NCBI GenBank assembly: GCA_963575745.1
Contig: CAUYUJ010000303.1
Location: forward strand, 1-64,000
Reading direction: 5' to 3'
From: Prorocentrum cordatum
Lineage: Eukaryota
Length of the DNA stretch: 64,000 nt
Of this stretch, positions 11,431 through 23,568 are shown one piece after another. The translations under genes were made by a program, and so were the position numbers. The first letter of the stretch is position 1; every line of letters starts with the position of its first letter. The notes under the pieces are model-generated. The model was not told where the DNA came from and searched no databases. It was given only the letters and a program-made list of their open reading frames with translations.

Positions 11431-11666
11431 CAGAGGCCTCTTTGAGAGAGCTCAAGTCGGAATCTGGATCATCTACATTACCAGCGGCGGTCGGCTCTTC
11501 AATCCCAGGACTTTTTGAGGATCGGGGACGACGTCGGGGTGGTGTGGTGGTATTTTTTCCCCGTTGTCCCAGGAAAACGACGATGAATGAATACACCAGG
11601 GTCCCGTCTACACCAGGACACGCTTTCCTGTGCGAAATTCATTGCGAAGTCAGACAAAGGCTCAAG

Positions 11667-11864
11667 GGTTGTGGATGTTGTGGCAATGGACATTCTAACA
11701 ATCCTATCGTTGAATGAAGGATGTGTTTAACATGTGTAAAACCTGTTCTAACAATGTTCCAAACATGTTTTTTACATAATTCAAATCATGTTTGAATCAT
11801 GTTGTAGACATCCTGAAATTATTTGGCAGCACGTTTCCTCTCCATCAATCGACTTCCATAACTC
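11667..11864 (+). mobile_element. 'TTGTGGA...AACATGTT' MITE copy
   Basis: Ends GGTTGTGGA...TTCCATAACTC, with internal AACATG subrepeats. Confidence 0.75.
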
Positions 11865-12233
11865 AAAGGGCTTGCGAGAATAAGCCGGCGGGTTGGGCTA
11901 GGCCAGTTTCCTACCGAGGGCTGTTTGTCAGGTTGTCTTCGCCACAGGTTGCTGGAGTTCGCAACGTCGCCTGGGCTCGTCCGCAGGTCCGAGGCGGCTC
12001 CTGAGCATCTGTTCTTGGCCTCGTGGGTGGCACCCGGACACGTTCCCCGGGGAAGATGAGCTGTCTCAGGGGCAGTCCTTGTTGAAGTTCTTGGTCCAGG
12101 AGGAAGAGCAGGCGCCCAGCCCCCGAAGAGCGCAATGCACGCATGTCGCGTGGGTCCACTCGGTAGTTCATCGCACAATGGTTCGGATGCAACTCCTAGG
12201 GGGTCAAATTCTGATTTTGCCCTGGTCCGAAGT

Positions 12234-12310
12234 CTGGCCTAATCCAGCTTAATCCCGCTTGATCTGGCTCAATTCCGCTTAATCCCGCTTAATACGGCTG
12301 AGCCCTGCTT
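12234..12310. repeat. 10-bp tandem repeat (GCTTAATCCC-like)
   Basis: About 7 degenerate units are visible. Confidence 0.75.
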
Positions 12311-13154
12311 GGTCCGAGGCCCACTCCGGCGTAACAGCTCCCAAATGGGGCTTTATCCTCTTGAATCTTTCCGACGAGAACCTCCCAGCAGTTGCCTCCT
12401 AACAGTGGGAAAGTGGTTGAGGAGGAGGCTGAAACGGCCAAGGAGAGAGGAGGGGAGGGGAGGGAGAGACTGGCGTGGATCAAGAGGAGGAGCGGCAGGA
12501 ACCGCACGAGCGGGGAAAGAACCAGGGGAGCACGCCGTCATTAACGGCAGGGACCGGGGAGCACAAGGTGATCGAACGAAGTATTCTAGCTTTTGGCTGG
12601 CCAAGTAAAGCCCCCAATCTGTCCGACCCTGGGCGCGGGAACTCCAGTCGGATTGGGGACACGCGCACATGTAGATTGCTGATGACGGTGAGGACGGCGA
12701 ATATCATGCGAAACGCAAAAGTTGCCAGCGTTCTGGAACATTGGTCACAGAAGCACCGTGACCTGCAACTCGCTGGCCCCTTGAGACTCGGCCAGAGATT
12801 TGGGGTATGGTTTGCAGTTAGTGTGTTGCCGCTCAAATCTCTACAGTCAACCCGCATAGTAAGGATGCGCAACCTTCCCAAAGGTACCCGTTGCATCCTT
12901 GCCCTTCGGCCCATCCTCGGCCGCTCTCGTTGGCCGCGCCCCGCTCGAAAAGCTGCCAAATGAGCGTCCAAGGCCCTTGCGTCCTTACCGCGCATCCTTA
13001 CTATACGGGTTGACTGTAAGGCTTGTGGTTCGTGTGTTGCCCGTTCAAATCCCTACCCCGAAGTCTCCTCCCCGAATTCTCCTGCCGATGTATGTTCCCC
13101 GGGGTATGGACGGTCGGGCCCCCTGTGCCGACCATGCGCAGAATTGCATCAGTG

Positions 13155-13337
13155 GATCAATGGAGAGGAAGCATGTTGCCACATAATTTCCAGATGCCTA
13201 ACATGTGTTAAACATGCATTCATCATGTAAACACCATGTTTAAAACATGTTTGGAACATTGTTCCGTCAGTTTAAACACATGTTCAATTCAATGATAGGA
13301 TTGTTAGAGTGTCCATTGCCATGGCATCCACAACGCT
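13155..13337 (-). mobile_element. 'TTGTGGA...AACATGTT' MITE copy, reverse orientation
   Basis: Its reverse complement aligns to 11667-11850. Confidence 0.75.
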
Positions 13338-13890
13338 GGCCTGAGACGGGCGGCGTGAAAGGAGCGGGGGCGTCGGGAGGATCAAACTAACGAGAGGGTG
13401 GAAGAGGAGCTGGTAAGTTTGGGATGAAAGGGGCGGCGGAGCAGGCGGCGGAGGTGGATGGGGCGCGGCGTGGAGAGGGAACGGACAAGAGGGACGCCCT
13501 CCTCCCTCTCCACCTCCTCCAGCCTCTTCCCCTCCACTTCCGTCTTCGTTTTGTGTCCTCCGCGCCGACGTTGTCCTTTTCCTGTTTTCGGTGGGTGATC
13601 GCGCTATTCCTACATCGATTGGATCCCGTCCAGCCCATTCATTTGCCATCGGGCAAGTCTTTGCCCAAGGTGTTCGCGATGTTTGGGGTCGTGGGATTAT
13701 TTGCATGTGGATCTTAGCGGGCAAGGAGCTGTATGACATTGAGTTGATCCGTCCTCGGAGGCACCTTTCTTCAGGCGGTTGGAAGGCTTATACCCCTACG
13801 GTGACAGGCGGGGGGCGTAGATTTCCCAACCGACACCAGACAAACGCTCCCGATGGCGAGATCATGTTCTACACTGTTCTTCACCGGTCG

Positions 13891-14097
13891 GGACGACCGA
13901 AATGGGTACGGACAAAAATTAGCACAATGCCCAACAGCAGTTCCTGTTCATTTTGAACAGGACTCGCTGTCCGCGCCGCCGCGGCCTGTGTCCTTTTGAG
14001 ACAGAAGGCAGTCTGCCCAACAGCGGCCGCTGTTGGTTTGGGACAACATTTGTTGTTCGGCATCGAAACTTTTTTTCCGTACCCGTTTCGGGCGTCC
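13891..14097. mobile_element. Intact ~205-bp MITE (empty-site paralogue of the LINE target)
   Basis: TIR GGACGACCGAAATGGGTACGGA / TCCGTACCCGTTTCGGGCGTCC. It carries a single ACAGCAGTTCCTGTTCA at 13934-13950. Confidence 0.88.
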
Positions 14098-15129
14098 AAA
14101 ACCAGCTAGATATCGGCAGATGGCGGAGCAAATCGAGGGCGAAGAGGACGATCGAACATCGAACCAACATTCGGAGGTGGATAGATCTCCTACACTGACA
14201 CGTCGATTAAGGAGTTGGCCGTTTTCGGTTCGCGAGAGGGCGTCGCGGCCGTCATTTTTGCAGCTCCAGGTCCATCGGTTTCGGTCCCAGGCCGTTCTCA
14301 CTAAGGGGTCAGCTACGTGAGCTCATTTTCAAACCCCCTTTGCTATCCCCCCCTTTTGTCCGGCCCGAGAAGAGGACGATCGAACATCGAAGCAACGCCG
14401 CGCCGCGGGTCTTGCCTCAGCTCCGCCCCCGAGGGCCCGCGTCGGGCCACCAGGCTGTCAGAAACACTGGCCCCGGGGCGGAAACAGGAAGGGGCCCCGG
14501 CAGATGTTTGGCCATTGATTGCGACAGGATGTTACGGCTAGACGTACGAGTGACCTTTCGCCGGAGTGTCTTTGGTGCGGGCCCAAATGGGTCCCCCGAT
14601 CGCCGAACGCGCTGTGACATCAGCGGCTTGCGCGCTTGTTCTTGGCCCCCCCTCGCCCTTCTAATGCCGCGCACCAACGGTCACTCTTACCCCTGGGTCA
14701 CTCTTGCTCGTCGTCGAAGGTTGATTGCGACAGGATGCAGATGATGATGTGGATGTCGATGATGAGGAGGACGGGGGCGAGTTGGAGGAGGAGGAGGAGG
14801 AGGAAGAGGAGGAGGAGGAGGAGGTGTTGGCTTCTCAGATCGGACGGACGGTAACGGGGAGCAGCGCATATCGGGAAAGTGGCCCTGAAGGGTTCCTCCC
14901 CTGCCACAGCGGTGCCAAACAAGCGCACGAAACGCGGCCGTTGCCCACCGCCGTTCACGAACACCTCTACTGATTTATTTCTGGCGATGTTGATGCTGGT
15001 GGTGATGATAACGAAGATCCTAATGAGGGCCATGCTGACGGGCAAGCCTTGAACAGTTACCATAGAAGATTGGAGTGCCGCGCGGGTGCACCCGCAACCG
15101 CCGCGGTTCAAGCCTTCTCGTGAGGGGGT

Positions 15130-15700
15130 CCTCAGTTGGCTCAAGCTCCCTCGCTGCCCGCGTGCGCAGGGCGCCTTGCGGCTTGCGCCACTGGCCATGC
15201 CCAAGGTGGGCCGGCAGCCGATCGGTGCCTGTCCCAGGGGGTTCGCTGTGGCTGCCTGGGGCGCGTGGGGGATCCTTGGCATGGAATGGTGGCTGACGCT
15301 CCCCCAGGATTGCTGATCGTCGTGGCCCTGATTAGCGAGGGCGGCAGGCCTCCTCCAACAGGCCCTGAAACACGGGGATGGGCCCGATGTGGTGTATGAT
15401 CGTGGTGGTGTTGCCCTTCTGCATGGACGTGTGGTCGCGTCGGCCGTGCAGCCTCTCCACGCTGCAGTGGTCTCGCCAAACCACGAGTTGTTCATCGGAT
15501 GGCTGTCAGGCGATGGCGACGAAAGCAGCATTGGTATCGCACCGGGCCAGGTCGACCGTTCATCCGCGAGGACGGGGACATCGCGCTGCCAGCTGCCAGG
15601 GTTGGGCTCGGGGTTTCCGACGTCGTCTTGCCTCTCACGCCAGCGGAGCTGCACGCCCTCCCGGCGCTTTCAGTCATCATCGGCAAGCGGCACTGGTCGT
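15130..15700 (+). pseudogene. Remnant of a DIRS-type tyrosine recombinase
   Basis: LKLPRCPRAQGALRLAP...RQP; GPETRGWARCGVYDRGGVAL (compare LLGPAESGALAKVGAFDERVEL at ~18960); SSARTGTSR. Heavily decayed. Confidence 0.4.
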
Positions 15701-16249
15701 TCACGACGGGCGTGGCCCTCACCCGTGGTGTTACTTGGCCAAACATGGGTCGTGCCAGGACATTGTGCGGCGCACTGTGCGGCAGTATTCATGCTCGAGA
15801 GCGAGGTTAGCGCCCTCGCAAATCATTTACAGATACTGCTTGAAGGAAGGCGTGGTGGTTTCCAATCAACACGAACTTCAGAAACTATAAGAGAAGGCGT
15901 TGTGGAATGACCATTTACCCCTCTCGAACTTCGCGAGCCTCGAGCTCGTCGCGCAGCAGCTCCAACTGTGCGAGGAACGACACCGCGCTCGCGTGCAAGG
16001 CGTTAATCAAGAATGACGCCGCAGACTGCCGCGACGAGGACATTTATTTCACAGGCGGGGGACCCATGGTGGCACGAAATCTCTCGACCTCGACATGCGA
16101 GCAGATCTCCTAGGAGAGCGGAGCGGCAAGGAAGAGTCGCGGAGCGCGAGATGAGCGGCAGTTGGCGAAGTCTCAGAGAGGGCCCAGAGCCACCTACTGG
16201 TCGTTACGAATCATGCGGCCCGCTGCTCCCTGGCCCCAGGCGCGCGGGC

Positions 16250-19200
16250 GCGCCGATTCTCTGTCGTGGGGAAGGGGTGCGCCGGCCCGGCTCTGCTGGA
16301 TCTGGCCGTCGATCCGTCGGTCGCCGGGCTCTTCGCCGTCGGCGTGCCTCCGGGTGGGCCGCCGACGGGATTTCCCCCCCGAGCCCATTGGGAGCGGTCC
16401 GACGCCGCGCGGCCTCTCCAGCGCCGCGCCATCTGTTTCGCTTCGACCGCTGCGAGAGAAAAAACCGCGCCACTTGGGGCTGCCACGGTGACCTCCGTCG
16501 CCGCAGGAGCTGTTGCGAGCTCTGCGGGAGCGCCGCCTCGCACGGCGAGCGCTCAACTTCCGTCGCGCCCTGAGCCATGAACGCGCGCCCTGGCCGGCGG
16601 ATTGAAGCCCGCGGGGCGCCGCGCCCCCCCCCGCCCCGAGCGCCCCGCCCAGTCAGGGGACCTGACGGACACATGCGTAGACCTCCCGCGGCAGCGGCGG
16701 TTTTTCAATCTGAGCTCACACATGTGTCGGACCGCGTCTAGATTCTGCGCTCCGCGGCCATCGCGCGCGCGGTGACTTCTGCCAGAGGGTAGGTGAGCAG
16801 TGGGATTGATCGCCGCGAGCCCGCCTCGGACTTCGGCGGAGGGGGCGCGAAAGTTCGGCCGCGTCAAGGAGGAGGCAAACCAGCAGAGGATCATATGTCA
16901 CACTCGCATGACCACCTGCGAATTCGAAGCGCCCCCCTCGGCGCATCCCCAGTCGGCGTCGGCGCTCGCGATGCTGGGGGCCAGCGAGAGCGACGTCGCG
17001 CGGTTCAGCAGCGGGAACATCAGGGACGCGTTTTATACGCCATCGAGATGTCGGAGGAGCTGGGGTCGCGCTGCCGTCTGCCCAGTCTTCGCGGTGGGGA
17101 TGCTGGGCTGCGTGGAGACGCTGCCTGCTCTACTTGCGCCGGCGCTCGCAGCGCTGCCCCTGGCTTCGAGCAGGGCGCTGCGCCTCTGCCAGCAGGCGCC
17201 CCAGGTTCGCGCGAGGCCGCCTGCCCGCCGGCCCCTCTTGGTTTCTGCGGTCAGCCGCCTGCGTAGACAGCCTTGCAGCGACGGCGTCGCCGCAGGACAG
17301 GGTCGCCCCCGCCAGCGGGACTGCGCCGCCCTCGCTCGCCCGGCAGAGCTTCACCATTCACTGGGAGACCACGAAGCGGCGCGCCAGACGGGCGGCGCGG
17401 GGCTGAGCTGCTCTTGGAAAGGAGCATGCCGCTCACGTCGGGCGCGGCAGCTCAGGCTCGCCATTGAAGATGTTGCAGCAAGGTTCTCGCTCGCGGTGCG
17501 CGCTGGGTTCGTGGCGGGGCGTGCTATCTGGGCCATTCTTATCCAGGAGTCATCGCTCGCGGCCCGCGTGTGGGCGCGTCCGTTCATCGAGTCGCTGGGC
17601 CACCTCAGTCAAGGAGGGGCTCTTGCACGCCCGGAACCGTCGCCCGGCGCCGGTCCCGCTCGCCGACGCCGGCCGGCGCGGGGAGAGCTCTGCCAGCGAC
17701 GCCTCCATCTGGGGCCGCTGGGTCTGCGAGCGCGTCTCGTCGGCGGAAGAGGTCGCTCGCTGGGGCGGGGCGGCCGCGCGGCGGCGGCGCCGCCGTGTCG
17801 CGACCGCCGCTCGGGCTCGGGCTGTTCACGGCGACGCGGACAACTTGGCGGCGCTTCGGCGCCCGGAGGCTTGCCTGGGCGCGCCCGGGCCTGCGACGTG
17901 CGGGCGCAGTGTTCATTCCGCCGGAGCCTGGTCCTCTGCGGGGGCTATTCCCTGGCGGGGCCCAGCGAGCATTCTCCGTCTTGACGTCTAGCCCCGCCCA
18001 GCTCGCCGCGCCATCCCAGTCGGGGCCGAGGGGCCCTCGGACGTCGCGCCCCATCCTGGTCGACCACTTGGGCCGTGCTCTGGCTTCCTGGAAAGGTCGA
18101 TCGGCAGCTTGCCAGCTTCGGGGCAATCTGCGGGACGTGCGCGCCCTCACCCTCGCCGCCGCCTCCAGGCCTGCGGACGCTGGGCCCCGCCAGACAGGAC
18201 GCGGGCCGATCGGCTTTTTCGCGGCGTCAGCTACGTCGAGCAGCAGCGCGGGGGCGACGGCCTTCAAGACGCGGGGCAGCCATCGGTGGCGATGGGCTTC
18301 CCGCTGCGCCCCGCTTCCCGACCCTCGGCCCGCGCCGCGAGGGCGAGGCCGAGATCCCGCGAGCCGAGAACCCTGTCGCTTGCCGAGATGATCCACCTTG
18401 GCGGGCCTCGCTTCGCCAGATGCGGCGGCCGCGCGGGGGGCGCGGCATCCGCCCGCCATTGCTGGCGCCGGCGCCGCCCCCGAGCTCGCGCCCGCCATCG
18501 CCCCGGAATTCCCGTTGGTGGCCATGGCGACGCACGCCGACTTCGAGCTGTGGGCGACGTTTTTTTCCCGGGCCGTCGCAGGCGTCGGGCAGCTGGACCG
18601 CGGCGGCCGATCCAGACCAGGCGCCTGCGATGCACGAGGTCTTCCAGAGGGGCGCGGCAAACGGAGCGTTGGCGGAGGCGATGTCCTTTCATTCCGAGGT
18701 CGGCCAGCGCGGCGCTTCCGCGGGCGCCGCTGGCGCTGGCTGGATGGGGCAGGGTGGTCACAAGGACCGTTCGCCTGCCAGTCTGCCGGATGCTTGCGGC
18801 CGCGCTGGCGAGATCGCGCCGTCGATGGGCTGGCGGGGCGCGCGATCGCGCTGCTGCTGGCGCCCCATCCGCGGCCAGGCGAGCTCGACGCCATCGCGGC
18901 GCCGGAACTGGGGGCGGGAGTGGCGGGCGCTGGTTTCGCGCGGCAGAGGCGGGCGCTCCTCCTCGGCCCCGCAGAGTCTGGCGCGCTGGCCAAAGTGGGC
19001 GCTTTCGACGAGAGAGTGGAGCTGTTCGAGATAACCCATATTTGTTCGACTGTCTTGCCGTGCTCGGGAGGCGGCCTTCCCGACCCGATCGGCGCGTCTG
19101 GAGTTCCGTTCGCCGGGGCCTGTCGGCGCGGGCGCAGGCGTCGGCCGAGGCGCGGCGCTGCGTCCCACGGCCACTCGATTAAGAGCCGCTCGGCGCTCAA

Positions 19201-19300
19201 GGTCGAGGCTCAGTTCGGGCGGGGGGGCCTTCCATGCCCGAGCTGCGCGGCGAGGAAGCAGGGTCGCTTGCGGAGCTGCGCGCGACCCTCAGCGCCGCGC
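16250..19300 (+). mobile_element. Highly degenerate DIRS-like retrotransposon (RT, RNase H, tyrosine recombinase)
   Basis: RT: RVKEEANQQRIICHTR, FSSGNIRDAFY, LPLASSRALRLCQ, CVDSL (~16850-17275). RNase H: ASDASIWG (~17695). YR: LLLGPAESGALAKVGAFDERVEL and RPRRGAASH...RSALKVEAQFGR, a decayed LRHGGASH box (~18950-19225). Confidence 0.7.
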
Positions 19301-20779
19301 TTGAGCTCGGGAAGCGGGCGGACTTAGATTTCGGAGCTGTTTGAGTGGGAACCTTGCAGCACCCCTTGCTCAATCTACATGTGTCCTGTGTCCAGTGAGT
19401 TACGAGGAGGTGGCTTGTAGGGGGTTGGGGGTCGCAGTTAGGCTCGGGGCGGGCGCGTCGCGTTGCTCTTGGCCCCGGGCGACGCGTGGCCTTCCCGGGA
19501 CAAGTCGGCGCCAGCTCCGCAATCATTCTCACGCCTGGGGGCCCGCAGACCTTGCGCCTCGGGCTTGAGCGGCTTGCTCCCGAGGCGCCGATTCAAACGT
19601 TGCTTGTCAATCATCGCACCTGCTTCCGCTCTCGAGCCCCAGTGGCCTTGGAGAGCCCCCGTGCGACGCGGGTTAGCAAATTCATTTTTGCATCCGCCGC
19701 CGCAAGACACCCGCGAACCACGCCTGACTAATTGGCTACTGCGCCCTCGACGCCCGGTTTCGAAAACGCGCTCGGGCCCGGGTCTGGGGAGCGGGTTCCC
19801 GCGCTAAGTTTCTTGGTCAGCGCGTTGCGCTCGCCGCGCGTTCGTCCCTCCATGTAGTCTCCGCCAAGCTCTGCCCGGGAGCTGCCATGTCTTGCTCGAC
19901 CCCCTTGGCACGAGACGCGCGCCGCGTCCTAGCCTGGCAGAGCGGCGCGATGGGCTATTGAACAGTGTAGTCCTAGAGCATAGGAGGGCCGCGCGGGTGC
20001 ACCCGCAACCTCCGCGACCAAATGTCTTATCGCATTCGCCCTCATCCTCTTTTGTTTCTCTTTCCCTCTCGCGTTCGGCGTTGGGGCGCGTGTGTCTGTG
20101 GGTCTTTGTGCGCGCGCGTTTGCGCGCGGTGCTCGCCTCGCGCTCGCCCCTGGTCGTTGCTTTTTTTCACCTTCAGCCCGGGGGCTGCCTGGCCAGCCTT
20201 TATTGTTCGGCCCGCTCAGCCCGAGACCCGTCGCGTCGCGTCCTGGCCCGGCAGAACGGTGCGACGATGATATGGTGTTGCCGATGATGATGGCTTGATG
20301 TTCGTAGTGGACACGACGGCGGTTATGCTGCTGACAATTAGGCGAATGCCGACGTTGAGTGCCCCGATGACGAGCTCGACGGCGACGGCGACCGACGGCG
20401 ACGACGACGGCGACCATGAGGACCGGGAAGAGGACGAGGAACAGGAGGGGGAGGTTCCGATGCCTCCAGGTTCTCCCACAGCGGTGCGACAACAATTTTC
20501 GCTTGCGGCCTGGGCCAGAGAGGTGCCCCGTTTCCGCGAGAAGGCAGCGTGGAGCCTCGAAGGTATTGACGTGCAGCGCGTGGCGAGGCTCGGCGGCGTA
20601 GATTCGAAATCAACGTTTGGAGCTCCCCCCCGCCAGCCCCGCGGGTTATCGCGCGCGGGCTGGGAGACTGAGGGAAGGAGAACGCCGACCGCAACCTCGA
20701 CAGTTGGCATTCTGGTCAGCACCGCGGCGAGCACCGCACGGGGCCCCCCAGTTTCGAGGCCGACGCAGCGCTCTTCTTT

Positions 20780-23537
20780 GCGAGGCTGAGCCGGGCGCTG
20801 GCCGTGGCCAGCCCGGGCTTGTGCCAGTGTGGCATTGCCAGCTTGTCGCTTTGGATGAGAAGGCAGGCGACGCTCTGGCGGCCGCGCGATATCGGCGACA
20901 TGCCGAGGCAGCCAACAACCGTGGCCAGCCCCTGCCCCCGCGCATCTCCGACATCGGCGCTCAGATCGTTTAGCTCGAGACTTGCCTGCGTAAGGAGCTC
21001 CAGAAGTTGGACATGCATCGCGAGTGAGTCACCGAGCAGCAGACCAGTTGCCGAGCCCTACAGGCGACTGGCCGACTGCGACGCCGAGTACAAAGCATCA
21101 GTGACCAGTTTGGTTGGGTTGCGGAGTCAAATTTGCTAAGATTGCCCCTGCCTGAGCCCTTATAGCAGGTGCCGTGGAAGGCCAGGGTGACGTCGTCCAA
21201 TTCGTCGACGTTGATTCGTTCTGCAACGTCGTGGAGCACGAGGCTCGCGAGGAAGACCGCGATAATATTCGACAACGGCGCGATCAGCTGCGCGGCCAGA
21301 TCCAATATATCGCCAAGGGCATCTTCAGTGGATCCATCAACCGCGCGGAGGCCATCAATGCTGAGCATGCGAACTACATCAAGCAGCTCAACAATACGCG
21401 CAAAGCGGGCGCCGACGGCGCTGCCGCAGCAGAGCCAGGCAGCGGCAAGGGCGGCAAGGAGACGGTCAAGCAGGTTTCTTCAGCCCCGACGGCCGCGCGT
21501 GCCAGCAGTGCTCCAGCGGGTCCTACTGCGGCGGCTGGGTATCTGGCGTGCGCGAGCGCACGCAGGCATGCTTCTCTGCAGCGAGCGGGGCCGCGGCGGC
21601 CGCGAGACAGACGGCCCAGGGCCCCCCCCCCCTGCCCCCCCCCCTGCCAAATGAGGGCTGTGCCGGGGGGGGGGGCCTCCAGTTGTCAGATTGCTGATCA
21701 TTCAATAACTTGCGCATCCAGAGGCCAGTGCTCTGCGCGCCCGCCAGACCCTCCTCCGCCGCGCTGGCTTTTGGCCGCGCGTGCCAGAGCGAGGCTGGCA
21801 GCGACTCTGCAGCGCCGCTTTGGAACATACCTCGCGGCACAGTTCCTAAGCCCGTCCGCCCAGGGCCCTGGCCGCGACTGACCCCCCGCCATGGCCCCGC
21901 TGGCCTCTGGCGCAGAGCCCTTGCGGGAAAGCTTCTGATGTGTCTGCGTGGAATCAACCTGCGAAGCAGTCCATTGTTTTCTTGAGTGCACCACCACCCC
22001 TAGGAGATGCCCACTGTTCGTCGAAGGAAGAAGCTCTGAACTGCACTGCGCGGGCGACGCTCCGTTGGTGGCCCCCGCATTGCACGTCGCACGTCATTTT
22101 GGTCCAGGAACATCCGTTGCGCCAAGGTGATGAGCTTGACTCGGTATCTTCCCGAGCGAAAGCACATGGTTGGCAGTTCTTACGCGCGTCTGCCCATGCC
22201 ACCCCCGCCGGGGGCACCTTGGCTGGAGTAGGCATCCTCGTTCGTGACTTCCCTGGGCTTCGCCCCTCGACTGGTGGCCATGCGCTCGCGCCTCATCGAG
22301 CTGTTGCTGGAGCATCCCCGGGGGGGCGCCGCCTCCCTCGCGCATTACCGCGCCACCCCCACGGGCATGGCGATTTTAACGCCAGGTTGTTGGCACATGT
22401 GGTTGCCGCTCTTCAACTTGAAGCTGGGCCGTACATCCTCGCGCTGACTTCGACCTCAAGGCTCGAGCCTGGCTTGCCCCAGGATTCAGAAGTCGCTTTG
22501 CCGCGTCACGGTCGCATCGCGTTTCCTGAATGGGCTTCAGTTTATATGGGGCGCCCGCATTCTCAACAATGTCGTGCTCTCTCGGCTGAATTATCTAGAG
22601 GATTGGTTGGTGTGAGTGTGGATCTGACTGCTCCGACGTCTCCGCATTCGCCAGTCCCGGCTGTGTTTCATCCTCTGCTGGCGCAGATGCATGAACTGAA
22701 ATTCCACCAGCCCCCAGCAATCCTTGTGGACCCCATCATGCGAGCTCCCCCTGGGCCCCCCCACTGGACTGGGGCGCATCAGCTGGGGCGGCGCCAGGCA
22801 GTTCAGAAGCTGTTGGAGTTGTGTCATCGCGCTTGGAATAACCTGCCTGGGCGTGAACTGGCGAATCCTCGGGGCGAAGCTCCCATGGCGCCGCAGTTGC
22901 ATTGGGCGCTGATCCTTGGTAAGGACAAGAAGCCGCCCTTCCGCCAGCCCAATCTCTGCGCCATCAAGTGGCCCACCACTGAGTGTAGTTTTATTTGCAG
23001 GCATGCCCCGATGAACACCGCGATGGGGTTTCTCCCATGTCACCTATCCTGTCTGAGCCTCTAGCGCGCTTGCGCGATGGGCTGCGGCATCATGAGCGTC
23101 GGTGCTATCAGGTTTTGCGATGTCCGTCGGATGCGCCACCTCTCCGCCCACCCCCGCGAGCTGCTTGAGCAGTTAGACGCGGCTCTTTCCGCCGCCGAAT
23201 CTCCCGCGCAGCAGGGGCCCCTGTCAGACTGAAAGCAATGGCTTCTGGACAAGGTCGAGCTGGTGGCTAAGCGTGCGTTCCGTTATCAAAGGCTTGACGC
23301 CATGGGCTCTGGCTGCACCCTTGCTGTTCAAATGCGTCGCGGGGCTAACCCGCGGGCCCCACTGGCCAGCGGGGCCCCGAAGTTGCCGATTCTCTGGGAG
23401 GCTCAACCGACCCCGCATCCCGTTCTTGAGCGCCCCCCTTTGCTGGCCCCGCCCTCCGCGCTCGCGGTGGGGGACCTTCGCGGGCGCAATCGGAAGCTTA
23501 GGGGCGCCTCGACATCGGCCGATGGTTTCTACGCGCG

Positions 23538-23568
<31 letters not shown>

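Noticed and set aside
11667..13337. Single 1.7-kb transposon with 190-bp TIRs
   Set aside because: The 190-bp unit is itself a MITE with its own TIRs (complete solo copy at 52641-52832). Two oppositely oriented copies explain the pattern.
15136..15145. TTGGCTCAAG as an SL relic
   Set aside because: Only 10 nt long, and it overlaps a putative recombinase remnant.
17570..19327. Several overlapping 270-530 aa ORFs as genes
   Set aside because: Extreme GC suppresses stops. The recognisable motifs jump between frames, as expected for a decayed DIRS element.
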